Shown here: piece by piece, positions 19,599-29,810 of the stretch
Layout of the letters: every line of letters starts with the position of its first letter
Position numbering within the stretch: the first letter of the stretch is position 1
The notes under the pieces: model-generated
What the model saw: only the letters and a program-made list of their open reading frames with translations
Databases searched by the model: none
Told to the model about the DNA's origin: nothing
Assembly (NCBI GenBank): GCA_040767965.1
Contig: JAXGNR010000005.1
Span: 128,001-192,000 of the forward strand
Source of the DNA: Atribacterota bacterium
Lineage (GTDB): Bacteria; Atribacterota; Phoenicimicrobiia; Phoenicimicrobiales; Stramentimicrobiaceae
Direction of reading: 5' to 3'
DNA: 64,000 nt
Program-made: the position numbers and the translations under genes

Positions 19599-20378
19599 AT
19601 GACAGTAAAAAAAGAAATAGTATTAAGAGTAAGAGATATACACAAAGCATTTAACGGGAAAGAAGTATTAAGAGGTGTTTCTTTTGATGTATTTAAAGGG
19701 GAAACGAAAGTAGTAATTGGCCCTTCCGGGACTGGTAAGAGCACTCTTTTGAGATGTATTAACCAGTTGACAATTCCTGATCAGGGAACTGTTTGGCTAA
19801 GAGATCAAGAAGTAACACATCATAATTTGAAAGGAATAAATCAATTCCGTCAAAAGATTGGCATGGTCTTTCAAGATTTTAATTTATTTGACCACCTCAA
19901 TGCTGTTGGAAATGTTGAAATTGCTTTAATCAAAGTCAAAAAAATGAATAGGGCAAAAGCAAGAGAAAAGGCTGTATTAGAATTAAAAAAAGTTGGATTA
20001 GGGAAGCAAGCTTTACTTTATCCTGCTCAATTATCTGGTGGTCAACAACAGCGAGTATCCATAGCCAGGGCATTAGCAATGGATCCCGAAGTTATGCTTT
20101 TTGATGAGCCAACATCAGCTCTCGATCCCGAACTTATTGGAGAAGTATTAGGTGTAATGCAAAAATTAGCAAAAGAAGGAATGACTATGATTGTAGTCAC
20201 CCATGAAATGGGATTTGCGCGTTCAGTAGCTGATGACATAATATTTTTAGAAAAAGGAAAACTACTGGAAAGCGGCTCTCCTGATAAATTATTTTATCAA
20301 CCAAAGTACGAAAGAACAAGAAAGTTTTTATTTAAATTGACAGAGTTGTATGGAGATATTAACAAGGAAAAAATATGA
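19599..20378 (+). CDS. Polar amino acid ABC transporter ATP-binding protein
   Basis: GPSGTGKST, LSGGQQQR, FDEPTSALDPE, VTHEMGFA. Confidence 0.94.
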   Translation: MTVKKEIVLRVRDIHKAFNGKEVLRGVSFDVFKGETKVVIGPSGTGKSTLLRCINQLTIPDQGTVWLRDQEVTHHNLKGINQFRQKIGMVFQDFNLFDHLNAVGNVEIALIKVKKMNRAKAREKAVLELKKVGLGKQALLYPAQLSGGQQQRVSIARALAMDPEVMLFDEPTSALDPELIGEVLGVMQKLAKEGMTMIVVTHEMGFARSVADDIIFLEKGKLLESGSPDKLFYQPKYERTRKFLFKLTELYGDINKEKI

Positions 20379-21055
20379 TTGGATTAGAATTTTTTTCAAA
20401 TATCTTATTTCCTTCCGTTTTAGAAGGAATGTCAATGACTTTAAAGTTAATCGCCTGGTCAATTCCAATCGGGTTGATTGTAGGGATTTTAGTTGCTATT
20501 GGTAGAGTCTACGGAAATGCGATAATATCATTTTTTAGTAAAGCTTATATTATCTTTTTCAGAGGAACCCCTTTGCTAATTCAACTGTTTATGCTTTACT
20601 ATGCTTTTCCTTCAATAGGGATCTACTTATCACCATTTGTTGCTTCCATTATTGGTTTTGTGCTGTGTAGCAGTTCGTATCATGCTGAATACATACGGGG
20701 TTCTATTCAATCAGTAAAAAGCGGTCAACTTTTAGCAGCGCAAGCATTAGGTATGAGTAAAATAAGTGCTGTCATCAACATAATACTGCCCCAGGCTTTA
20801 CGAAGGGCTATTCCCGGATGTTCAAATGAGGTTATATATTTAATAAAATATTCATCTTTGGCTTTTATGGTTACCTGCATTGAATTAACAGGCGCCGGTA
20901 AAATTGTTGCTTCAAGGTATTTTACATATACTGAAGTCTTTTTGGTAATTGGTGCAATTTATTTGATAATTGTCTCCATAGCTACCAGGATACTTAATAT
21001 TCTAGAAGAAAAATTAGCATATCCTGGTTGGGAAAAAGGAGGAAAAGACAGATAA
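20375..21055 (+). CDS. Polar amino acid ABC transporter permease
   Basis: FRGTPLLIQL, EYIRG, GQLLAAQALGMS, ILPQALR. Confidence 0.92.
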   Translation: MIGLEFFSNILFPSVLEGMSMTLKLIAWSIPIGLIVGILVAIGRVYGNAIISFFSKAYIIFFRGTPLLIQLFMLYYAFPSIGIYLSPFVASIIGFVLCSSSYHAEYIRGSIQSVKSGQLLAAQALGMSKISAVINIILPQALRRAIPGCSNEVIYLIKYSSLAFMVTCIELTGAGKIVASRYFTYTEVFLVIGAIYLIIVSIATRILNILEEKLAYPGWEKGGKDR

Positions 21056-21056
21056 C

Positions 21057-22055
21057 ATGATCAAACCTCTCTGTTTAGATCATTCCAGCTTGAAACATCC
21101 TCTACCTCCAAAATTAATAGAGGAACTCCAGCCGGAATTACAAAAGATAAATGAATATCCAAGCGGAGGATCATATGATGATCTTTGTAAAAAAACAGCA
21201 GAATATTTTGCTGTATCAACAGAAAATATACTGCCTACAAATGGGTCAGATGAAGCTATTGAGGCTACTACCAGAGCATTTGGAAATAAGCTGATATTAA
21301 TACCTGCACCAACTTTTTCGCAATATGAAGTAAGTGCTTCTAGAAACAATATGCACTTTAAATTAAGTCCTTGTTTATCAGATGATAACTATCAGTTAAA
21401 ATTTATTAATGACAATCTGGAGGATGCAAGTCTGGTCTGGATTTGCAATCCCAATAATCCTACAGGAAATTCTATCCCAAGGGAAAAAATAATTGAAACA
21501 ATTGAAAAGACTAGTGGAATAGTCACTGTTGATGAATGTAATTATGAATACTTGAAAGAAACTGTAATAGATTTGGTAAAAAAATACCCTAATCTGGTAG
21601 TAATTCGCAGTTTTTCAAAAAACTTTGGTCTTGCTGGCTTGAGAATAGGTTTTGTCATTTCATCCAGTAAAAACATTAAGAATATCAAGAGATATTGCCA
21701 ATACTTTCGAGTGAATAAAATTGCTGAAAAGGCAGCCATTAAGGTTTTGCATTATTTGGATGAATATCAGGAGATATGGAATGATATTGCTGTTACACGG
21801 GATACATTTGTAGATAATTTGCAACATCTTAAGATAAAAGCTTTTCCATCTAAAACCAATTTTGTACTGATAGATTTGCATACCAAAAAGGAAACCAGAC
21901 GAATATGGGAATATCTAAGAAGCAAAAAAGTGTATGTTTTAGCATCCTGGGAAGATGAGTTTTCTGGATTAGGGGATCATTATATTCGTTTTGCAATTGG
22001 TAGCTCACAAGAAATGAATTATGTTTTTACATTATTAAAAAATTTTAAAAAATAA
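21057..22055 (+). CDS. hisC: Histidinol-phosphate aminotransferase-like PLP enzyme
   Basis: NGSDEAI, PTFSQY, CNPNNPTG, VDECNYEY, RSFSKNFGLAGLRIG. N-terminus is atypical, so the substrate is uncertain. Confidence 0.7.
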   Translation: MIKPLCLDHSSLKHPLPPKLIEELQPELQKINEYPSGGSYDDLCKKTAEYFAVSTENILPTNGSDEAIEATTRAFGNKLILIPAPTFSQYEVSASRNNMHFKLSPCLSDDNYQLKFINDNLEDASLVWICNPNNPTGNSIPREKIIETIEKTSGIVTVDECNYEYLKETVIDLVKKYPNLVVIRSFSKNFGLAGLRIGFVISSSKNIKNIKRYCQYFRVNKIAEKAAIKVLHYLDEYQEIWNDIAVTRDTFVDNLQHLKIKAFPSKTNFVLIDLHTKKETRRIWEYLRSKKVYVLASWEDEFSGLGDHYIRFAIGSSQEMNYVFTLLKNFKK

Positions 22056-22398
22056 ATATCAATTCTGCATTTTATTCCAGATATTATTCATATTATTTTA
22101 TTATATCAAAATATAGTGCTGAATCATGTATTACAATAGGTAAATGGATTCAAAATACTAAGCATGATTCATTTATAGAAAACATTCTACGTTAAGAAAC
22201 TGTTGAACACATAAAAAAGATTCTACGGGAATATGAAATCTGTCAAATAATTTACGAAAGTCAGTGATAAAGATATATCAGATAAATATCCTAATACAAC
22301 TAAACCAAATCTATAGACATATCGATAGATTGACAATATCATAAAAAGACAATAAAATATGTTTAGGTATCATTATATATGTACCAAGGAGGCAGAAT

Positions 22399-22584
22399 AT
22401 GGAAGAGTATCTTACAGCAAAACAGGTGGCTGACTATTTACAGGTGAAACCACTAACAATTTATCAATGGGCAAGAGAAGAAAAAATCCCTGCCATTAAA
22501 ATTGGAAGGATCTGGCGTTTTAAAAAAGATGTTATAGATAATTTTCTAGAAGAACAATTACGTAATAAGGATTTCAAAAAATAA
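22399..22584 (+). CDS. Small HTH_17 (excisionase/MerR-like) DNA-binding protein
   Basis: YLTAKQVADYLQV...TIYQWAREEKIPAIKIGRIWRF; SD AAGGAGG. Confidence 0.9.
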   Translation: MEEYLTAKQVADYLQVKPLTIYQWAREEKIPAIKIGRIWRFKKDVIDNFLEEQLRNKDFKK

Positions 22585-22800
22585 TTGAATATTTATAAAA
22601 ATAGCTAGATTAAATATAGATATTTTTAAAAGAATGTTTTTTTATTTTTAGAAATGTGCTATTATTGTTTGAAATAATATATAAACTAGAAACTAGACAA
22701 AACTAGCTATCCTCACATTAATCTTGCCTGGAATCTCTCCAGGAACCCGGGCAAGATAATAATAAAATATTTTATAAAATAAATAAAGGTGTATGCAAGA

Positions 22801-24735
22801 ATGAATTATGTCAAAAACAATAAATTTAATCACACCCACACTAAAAGCATCAACATAAAAAAAATATTTTTAATTATTCCCATGCTTTTTTTAATAATTT
22901 CTATAAACATTTCAGCACAGCAATATATTGATTACCAGATAAGAGAAGGCGATTGTCTCTGGACTATTGCACGCGAATATCAGCTTTCTATTCAGGAAGT
23001 AGCAAAAGTGAATGATATCAAAGAAGAAGAAATATTATCTCCTGGCCAACTTATAAAAATACCATTAACTCAAACTAGTCAGCAGGATCAAAATTCTAAA
23101 ATAATTATACATACTGTAAAAAAAGGAGAAAGCCTTTGGGATATTGCACAACAATATCGGTTATCACTGGATTGTATTTCTTCGGTGAATGATTTAAAAC
23201 AGCCTGATTCACTTTATATTGGACAGGAAATAAATATTCCCATGGAAGATGACAATATTGAAATAGTTAAAGAACTATCTTTTGTAAAAGCAGATTCTGA
23301 GGAAAATAATTCAAAATACCAGGGAATGAGCTCAAGCCTAAATCAAGAGTTTCAGGAATCGTTAAAAGAAGCAAATTATACAGTAAAAGCTGGAGAAAGC
23401 CTATGGACCATCGCACAGGATTATAAAGTTTCAATAAATGAAATATCCAGAGTAAATGGTATTGAAAACGAAGATAAATTGTCAATTGGTCAAATAATAA
23501 AAATACCACTTTCCGGGAAAGGGAAGGATGAAGATAATTCTTTTGCCTCTGAACAAACTGAGATAAATACAGATGAATTCCAGTATGAATGGGTTGAACA
23601 TATCGTTGAAACAGGCGAAAGTATATCCCTTATCGCACAAAAATACCATGTATCAATAGCAACAATATGTCAATTGAATGACATAACTGAAAAAGATTAT
23701 GTTTATCCAGGACAAAGAATAAAAATTAAGGCCACTCCTTCAGGTGACAACAAAAATAAGATCATTGATGATTACCAGCCAATTTATTATACAGTAAAAG
23801 CTGGAGATACATTATGGACTATTGCCCAGGAGTATAGTGTGACATTAGAGGGAATACTTGCAGTTAATTATTTAAATGATAAAGATGTTTTATCTGTCGG
23901 TCAAAAATTAGAAATCCCTGCAATAGGAGGGGTTAATAGTAAAAAAATGATTCAGACTGTAGAATATTCTGTTGTAAAGGGGGATTCCCTTTGGAATATA
24001 GCAGAAAAATTTAATGTAAAAATGACCGATATTATTAATGCTAACCAGTTACAGAATGTAACTCAGTTATCAGTGGGACAAAAGTTAAATATCCCTTCTA
24101 CTCCATCTGCTATAGCAGCTGTACAGGCAAGAACCACAACTACTACTTCAGCTTCAGAAGTTACAGAGAAAACTGGGGAAAAACCGCAAGACCTAACACA
24201 CTATGTTCAAAAAGGAGAAACCCTCTGGGGTATTTCCAGAAAATACCAGGTCAATATTCAGAATATTACCAGTGCTAACAATATTACTGAAACCAGCAGA
24301 TTAACTGTTGGTCAAAAACTTATTATTCCCAATGTAAGGTATTCTTCAATATCCCCAAGATCATTTGTCTGGCCAGTGAACGGATTAATTACTTCTCAGT
24401 TTGGTATGAGGACGCTTGGAGGAAGAAGAGACTATCATACTGGTATTGATATAGATGGGAATACTAGTACTTCAATTAGAGCTGCTGAGAGCGGTAAAGT
24501 GAGTTTCAGCGGATATATAAATGGATATGGTAATATAATAATCATAGATCATGCTGGTGGTTATTCAACTGTTTACGCTCACAATTCTAGCAATCTAGTA
24601 AAAGAAGGACAGAACATCAATAAAGGAGACCTGATTGGGAAGGTTGGAGCCACAGGCAATGCCACAGGATCTCATTTACATTTTGAGATCAGGGAAAACG
24701 GGAAGCCAATAAATCCTTTAAGTTATCTACCTTGA
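22801..24735 (+). CDS. Peptidoglycan endopeptidase with 7 LysM domains and C-terminal M23 domain
   Basis: Seven LysM repeats (x-V-x-x-G-[DE]-[ST]-L-W-x-I-A ... GQ-x-[IL]-x-IP, some degenerate); M23 motifs HTGID, YAH, HLHFE; N-terminal signal/anchor. Confidence 0.93.
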   Translation: MNYVKNNKFNHTHTKSINIKKIFLIIPMLFLIISINISAQQYIDYQIREGDCLWTIAREYQLSIQEVAKVNDIKEEEILSPGQLIKIPLTQTSQQDQNSKIIIHTVKKGESLWDIAQQYRLSLDCISSVNDLKQPDSLYIGQEINIPMEDDNIEIVKELSFVKADSEENNSKYQGMSSSLNQEFQESLKEANYTVKAGESLWTIAQDYKVSINEISRVNGIENEDKLSIGQIIKIPLSGKGKDEDNSFASEQTEINTDEFQYEWVEHIVETGESISLIAQKYHVSIATICQLNDITEKDYVYPGQRIKIKATPSGDNKNKIIDDYQPIYYTVKAGDTLWTIAQEYSVTLEGILAVNYLNDKDVLSVGQKLEIPAIGGVNSKKMIQTVEYSVVKGDSLWNIAEKFNVKMTDIINANQLQNVTQLSVGQKLNIPSTPSAIAAVQARTTTTTSASEVTEKTGEKPQDLTHYVQKGETLWGISRKYQVNIQNITSANNITETSRLTVGQKLIIPNVRYSSISPRSFVWPVNGLITSQFGMRTLGGRRDYHTGIDIDGNTSTSIRAAESGKVSFSGYINGYGNIIIIDHAGGYSTVYAHNSSNLVKEGQNINKGDLIGKVGATGNATGSHLHFEIRENGKPINPLSYLP

Positions 24736-24891
24736 TTTTTGCTTAAAATCACCCTATTAATAATTTTGTTCTCTAAATCCCTATTTTATTATTTTTATAA
24801 ATCATCAATGTTTGACTATACAATTTGAATGGTGTATTATTAATTAGGAATTTATTAAAATTAGGCTAATTTATTATGATTAAAACTGGAG

Positions 24892-25398
24892 GTGAAAACG
24901 GATTATTACCCGCTATCAATGTTTAAAAAAGGAGATAAAGTTTCTCATCCTATTTTTGGGGTTGGAAACATCTTAAAAATAGAAGAGAAAAATGTTTTAG
25001 AAAAAAGCGAGAAATATTATATTCTTGATCTGTCAATTAATCATATGACTTTGATGATTCCTGTCAGAAAAGCAAAAGAAATTGGCTTACGGAAAATAAT
25101 AAGCAAAGAGAAAATTCCTGAAGTGTTGGAAGTGTTGTCTTCTGATATGGATGAAATGGATCAGGATTACAAAACCAGGATAAAATCGCAAATGGAAATG
25201 GTTGATAGTGGTAATTTAAAAAAAGTGGCTCAAGTAGTCAAAAACTACAATAGAAGAAAAAAAACAGATGTTTTATCTGCAACTGAAAAAAGTTTACTGG
25301 AAAGAGCAAAGAAAATACTTATTAGTGAAATTAAAGCATCTTATGATATAGACGAAAATTCCACTAAAATAATAATTAAGGATTATTTGAAAAAATAG
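24892..25398 (+). CDS. carD: CarD family transcriptional regulator
   Basis: FKKGDKVSHPIFGVGNI, LMIPV, IGLRKII, LSATEKSLLERAKKILISEI; start could be ATG 24919. Confidence 0.88.
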   Translation: MKTDYYPLSMFKKGDKVSHPIFGVGNILKIEEKNVLEKSEKYYILDLSINHMTLMIPVRKAKEIGLRKIISKEKIPEVLEVLSSDMDEMDQDYKTRIKSQMEMVDSGNLKKVAQVVKNYNRRKKTDVLSATEKSLLERAKKILISEIKASYDIDENSTKIIIKDYLKK

Positions 25399-25445
25399 AA
25401 AAAACAAAACAATTTATACGATTAACTTTGAAATATTATTTTTAT

Positions 25446-25480
25446 AAATCTGCAAGAAAAAGAATTGCAGATTTTTTATT
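25446..25480 (+). terminator. Intrinsic terminator after carD
   Basis: AAATCTGCAA / TTGCAGATTT stem followed by a T-rich tract. Confidence 0.65.
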
Positions 25481-25556
25481 TAAAAAAGAATGGTTTCCAT
25501 TATTTTAAATAAATGATATATTTGTAAATAAAACTCTATGGGAAGGTAGTTAACAA

Positions 25557-26438
25557 ATGAACAGTAAAAATAACAATATAATTGACGGGAGGGCTATCGC
25601 TAACGATATTGCAGGAGAACTTAAAATAGAGGCAGAAAAATTTTACCAGCTTAAAAGAATAAAACCAAAACTTTCTGTAATTATATTGGGAGAAGATCCA
25701 GCATCTGTTTTTTACGTTAAAATGATAGAAAAAAGTTGTCAAAAAGTTGGCTTTCAATTTGAGAAAAACAATTTAAAAGAAAATACCGCACAGGAAGATC
25801 TTTTAAAATTAATAAACCTTTTGAATGATAATAAAGATATTCATGGTGTTATTGTTCAGACACCCCTTCCAAAAAATATCAACCAAAAGGTTATCCAGGA
25901 GTCATTGAATCCTGATAAGGATGTAGACTGTTTTAATCCTATCAATATGGGTAAGCTGGCTTTAGGAAATCCCGATTTCCTGCCATGTACTCCCTATGCT
26001 GTTTTTGAAATATTAAAAAGAGAGAAAATAGACTTGGAAGGGAAACATGTGGTGATCATAGGAAGAAGCAGTATCGTAGGAAAACCATTAGCACTGATAT
26101 TATTATTAAAAGACCCAAATGCTAATGCTACTGTTACTGTGTGTCACTCTAAAACACCTGATATTTCATTTTTCACTAAAAAAGCAGATATTGTGATAGC
26201 CGCTGCAGGTAAAGCAGGCTTGATCAGGGCGGGAATGCTAAATAACGGTACAATTATTATTGATGTTGGGACAAATGAAGTTAACGGGAAACTGGTTGGT
26301 GATGTCGAATTTGAAGAAGTAGCACATATTTCTAAAAAGATAACACCAGTACCAGGTGGAGTAGGACCAGTTACAAACATGATGCTTATGGGGAATCTTT
26401 TAAAAGCAGCCAAGATTCAGCAAAAAATATTGTATTAA
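25557..26438 (+). CDS. folD: Bifunctional methylene-THF dehydrogenase/cyclohydrolase
   Basis: IIDGR, KDVD, PCTP, GRSSIVGKP, TVCHSKT, GDV, TPVPGGVGP. Confidence 0.96.
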   Translation: MNSKNNNIIDGRAIANDIAGELKIEAEKFYQLKRIKPKLSVIILGEDPASVFYVKMIEKSCQKVGFQFEKNNLKENTAQEDLLKLINLLNDNKDIHGVIVQTPLPKNINQKVIQESLNPDKDVDCFNPINMGKLALGNPDFLPCTPYAVFEILKREKIDLEGKHVVIIGRSSIVGKPLALILLLKDPNANATVTVCHSKTPDISFFTKKADIVIAAAGKAGLIRAGMLNNGTIIIDVGTNEVNGKLVGDVEFEEVAHISKKITPVPGGVGPVTNMMLMGNLLKAAKIQQKILY

Positions 26439-26501
26439 TACTTATTAAATGCAAATATAAAATGTTTGTGACTGAAAATATAGTATTATTTTTATTAAAT
26501 G

Positions 26502-28379
26502 CTAAGATGATTTTTTGCGTTTCATTTTTTCCATATTAATCATTAAAGCAGTTATATCCGAAGGGGTGATTCCAGGAATCCTTTTAGCCTGTCCTAATGA
26601 CACGGGCTTAATTTCGCTTAATCTCTGAATCCCCTCATGAGAGATTCCATAAAGTTCTGCGTAGTTTATATCAGTAGGTATTCTATAATTCTCCATTTTT
26701 TTAAACCTTTTTACTTCATCTTCCTGGCGTTGCAAATAACCAGAATATTTTATTTGGATTTCAACCTGTTCAATGACTTCCTGATTTAACAATGGTCTTT
26801 CCGAATCAAGAATTTTAGAAGAATGATAAGATAACTCTGGTCTTGTCAATAATTCCGACAAGGAAACTGGTTTTTGAAGAGGAGAGGTATTTAGCTTTGC
26901 AAGTTGATTATTGGTTTCAGCAGTTGGGAATATTTTTAATTGTTGCAATCGTGTTATTTCATTTTCAATTGCCTCTTTCTTTTTAAGAAATTTTTGATAC
27001 CTTTCTTTGGAAATTAGTCCGTATTTATAACCAAAAGGAGTTAATCTTAAATCAGCATTATCCTGACGAAGTAATAGGCGGTATTCTGCCAGCCCTGTTC
27101 TTAATCTGTATGGTTCAGTAATGCTTTTTGTGACCAAGTCATCTATTTCAACTGCTATGTAAGCCTGCGATCTGTCCAGAATAAGCGGGTCCTGGTTATT
27201 TAGCAATTGAACTGCATTTATTCCAGCCAGGAGACCTTGCTCGGCAGCTTCTTCATAACCCGATGTTCCATTTATCTGTCCTGCTAGAAAGAGTCCGGTT
27301 ATCATTTTTGTTTCCAGAGAATATTTTAATTGATGAGGAAATATTACATCATATTCAATGGCGTAACCATATCTAACAATGTGACAATTTTCTAATCCTC
27401 TGACAGTTTGTAATGCTTGCTGCTGAATCAGAGGGGGTAGACTTGTAAAAAATCCTTGCAAATAGATTTCTTCAGATGCCTCACTTTCTGGTTCTAAAAA
27501 CAATTGGTGAGACTCGTGTTGAGGAAATCTCACAATTTTATCTTCAATTGAAGGACAGTATCTGGTTGCGGTGCTTTCAACTGTTCCATTAACTAATGGT
27601 ATTTGATGCAGGTTGTCCATTATTATTTGCTGAGTTGTTTTATTGGTACGTGTTATGAAGACTGTATGTTTACTGTAAACTCTTTTTTCAGATTCAAAAG
27701 AAAAAGCAAGAGGTTCCATGGCACTTTTTTGTTCAGTTAATTCTGAAAAGTTTATACTTCTCCGGTCTATTCTTGGAGGTGTGCAGGTATTAAGTCTGGT
27801 TGATTTAAAACCTAATGCTTTTAGCTGGTTTGCAAGATCGACAGAGGCAATTTCTCCAGCCCTACCGGCATTATATCGTGTTTTTCCAATATAAATTATA
27901 CCATTCAGGAAAGTCCCTGCAGCGATAATGGCTGTTGGGGAATAGTACTCTTTCCCTCCTTGTACAGATACTCCTTTTACCTGATTGTCTTTTATTATAA
28001 TACTGGTAACCATTTCTTGTAACAAAAAAAGATTGGCTTGATTTTGAATTGTTTTTATCATTTCTTCTTTATATTTATTTTTATCTACTTGAGCTCTCAA
28101 TGCCCACATTGCCGGACCCTTGCTGGTGTTAAGCAGTCTTATATGTAAAGTAGATTTGTCAGTTATTTTTGCTAGTTCTCCGCCTAAGGCATCAATTTCT
28201 TTAGCTACATGCCCTTTGCCAGGCCCCCCAATGGAAGGATTGCATGGTAACAGGGCAGTGTTGTCCAAATTTGAGGTAATCAAAAGTGTTTTAGCACCCC
28301 GTCTAGCAGCAGCCAATGCAGCTTCACAACCAGCATGTCCTGCTCCGATTACTATAACATCATACTGAAAACGATTCAT
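26502..28379 (-). CDS. mnmG: tRNA uridine-5-carboxymethylaminomethyl modification enzyme (GidA)
   Basis: VIGAGHAGCEAA, CNPSIGG, RYCPSIEDK, GYAIEYD, AGQINGTSGYEEAA, EPYR; start MNRFQY at 28379. Confidence 0.96.
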   Translation of the reverse strand: MNRFQYDVIVIGAGHAGCEAALAAARRGAKTLLITSNLDNTALLPCNPSIGGPGKGHVAKEIDALGGELAKITDKSTLHIRLLNTSKGPAMWALRAQVDKNKYKEEMIKTIQNQANLFLLQEMVTSIIIKDNQVKGVSVQGGKEYYSPTAIIAAGTFLNGIIYIGKTRYNAGRAGEIASVDLANQLKALGFKSTRLNTCTPPRIDRRSINFSELTEQKSAMEPLAFSFESEKRVYSKHTVFITRTNKTTQQIIMDNLHQIPLVNGTVESTATRYCPSIEDKIVRFPQHESHQLFLEPESEASEEIYLQGFFTSLPPLIQQQALQTVRGLENCHIVRYGYAIEYDVIFPHQLKYSLETKMITGLFLAGQINGTSGYEEAAEQGLLAGINAVQLLNNQDPLILDRSQAYIAVEIDDLVTKSITEPYRLRTGLAEYRLLLRQDNADLRLTPFGYKYGLISKERYQKFLKKKEAIENEITRLQQLKIFPTAETNNQLAKLNTSPLQKPVSLSELLTRPELSYHSSKILDSERPLLNQEVIEQVEIQIKYSGYLQRQEDEVKRFKKMENYRIPTDINYAELYGISHEGIQRLSEIKPVSLGQAKRIPGITPSDITALMINMEKMKRKKSS

Positions 28380-28525
28380 GTTTATTCCTTTTCTCCTACT
28401 AATTAAATTATCAATATAAAAAGATAGCATATTATTTGATATTTTGCATCTTTTTGGAAAATAATTGCATTATAATAGCTGTATTTAATGTTGCCTGTAA
28501 AAAAGTATTATGTTATACTTGAAAC

Positions 28526-28620
28526 GGAGAGATGACCGAGAGGCCGAAGGTGGTTGCCTGCTAAGCAATTGAGTGGATTTTAAGTCCGCTCCGCGGGTTC
28601 GAATCCCGCTCTCTCCGCCA
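28526..28620 (+). tRNA. tRNA-Ser(GCT)
   Basis: GGAGAGA acceptor, anticodon loop CT-GCT-AA, long variable arm, GGTTCGAATCC, encoded CCA. Confidence 0.96.
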
Positions 28621-28661
28621 TTTTTTAATTCATCCTCATCCATATCACCCGGGGAGGTTAT

Positions 28662-29180
28662 GTGGCTTCCATTTTGAATCAAAAGCTTTTAAGACAAATA
28701 AACATTAACAGTAATTTCCAATATGGTGATTTGGGAAAAGTTTTGCTTTTGCATGGACAGGTTTACCATCAAATATACGGATTTAATCATAAATTTGAGG
28801 CATATGTCGCAGAAGGTCTAGCAGAGTTTGCAAGAAAATACCAAAAGAAGAAAAGCAAATTATGGATTGTTGAAAAATCTGGAACTGCTATTGGCTCAAT
28901 AGCTATTTTAGAAAAGAGCAGCAAGATAGGACAATTAAGATGGTTTTTGGTACACCCGGATTATCAAGGTTTAAAAATTGGGAAGAGTTTATTAGAAGAA
29001 GCTATTATTTTTAGCAAAAAAGTCGGATATAAAGAAATATTTCTCTGGACTTTAAGCAACCTGGAAACAGCCAAAATAATCTATGAAAAAGCCGGATTTA
29101 AACTGAAAGAACAAAAAGAAAGCTTTATTTGGGACAGAAAACTGGTTGAGGAATTTTATATATTAGAATTAGATAATTAA
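28662..29180 (+). CDS. GNAT N-acetyltransferase
   Basis: GQLRWFLVHPDYQGLKIGKSL, LWT, IYEKAGF. Confidence 0.88.
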   Translation: MASILNQKLLRQININSNFQYGDLGKVLLLHGQVYHQIYGFNHKFEAYVAEGLAEFARKYQKKKSKLWIVEKSGTAIGSIAILEKSSKIGQLRWFLVHPDYQGLKIGKSLLEEAIIFSKKVGYKEIFLWTLSNLETAKIIYEKAGFKLKEQKESFIWDRKLVEEFYILELDN

Positions 29181-29240
29181 ATCAAAAATAAACTAATCCT
29201 AATTATTATATTATTTCAGTAAGAAGGAGAAAAGGAGATA

Positions 29241-29666
29241 GTGAAAAAAATATACAGATCTAGAAAAGATTACATTATTGGTGGTGTATGTGGGGGAATT
29301 GCTGACTATTTTGATATTGATCCAACATTAGTGAGAATTTTGGCTATTCTTATTATATTTCTGGGCGGAGTTGGTCTGGTTGCTTATGTATTAGCATGGA
29401 TAATTATTCCACCAAATCCAGATCAATTAAAAGAAGAGAAAAATGATTCTAGTAATATCAAGAATGATAATTATGAGGAAATAATAAAAAAAGACAATAA
29501 CCAGAAAAATATCTGGGGGGGTTTGTTATTAATTTTTTTAGGATTATATTTTTTACTTAGAAATTTTTTCCCTCGTATAATTTTACTGAAATTTTGGCCG
29601 GTTATATTTATAATTATTGGTGTTATTTTGATTTTTCAATCTTTTATCAAAAAAAGTAATAATTAA
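29241..29666 (+). CDS. PspC domain membrane protein with C-terminal LiaF/DUF5668-like helices
   Basis: KKIYRSRKDYIIGGVCGGIADYFDIDPTLVR, AYVLAWIIIP, FWPVIFIIIG. Confidence 0.88.
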   Translation: MKKIYRSRKDYIIGGVCGGIADYFDIDPTLVRILAILIIFLGGVGLVAYVLAWIIIPPNPDQLKEEKNDSSNIKNDNYEEIIKKDNNQKNIWGGLLLIFLGLYFLLRNFFPRIILLKFWPVIFIIIGVILIFQSFIKKSNN

Positions 29667-29810
29667 GACTTAAAATATAAGGGACATTTATTCAACTCCA
29701 CTTTAAAAGATAGAGTAAAAATATTTTAAATATTTACAAAAAATTCATATTTATAAATATAATATTAAATAATAAAATAAATAGTATAACTAAATTATCA
29801 GGAGATAAAA

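Noticed and set aside
22120-22260. Inverted repeat TGAATCATG/CATGATTCA and repeated ATTCTACG upstream of the HTH gene
   Set aside because: Short and irregularly spaced; plausible by chance in AT-rich DNA; not a CRISPR array.
22399-22584. Excisionase-like gene as sign of a prophage or ICE
   Set aside because: No integrase, att repeats, phage or conjugation genes nearby; flanks are housekeeping genes.
22700-22790. c-di-AMP (ydaO) riboswitch ahead of the LysM peptidase
   Set aside because: Only GAATC/GGAACC-like fragments; too short and lacking the two-fold conserved core. Kept only as an unnamed hairpin.
28485-28682. Similar minus-strand peptides GGESGIRTR (also 50592-50825)
   Set aside because: They are antisense translations of tRNA-Ser genes, not a protein family.
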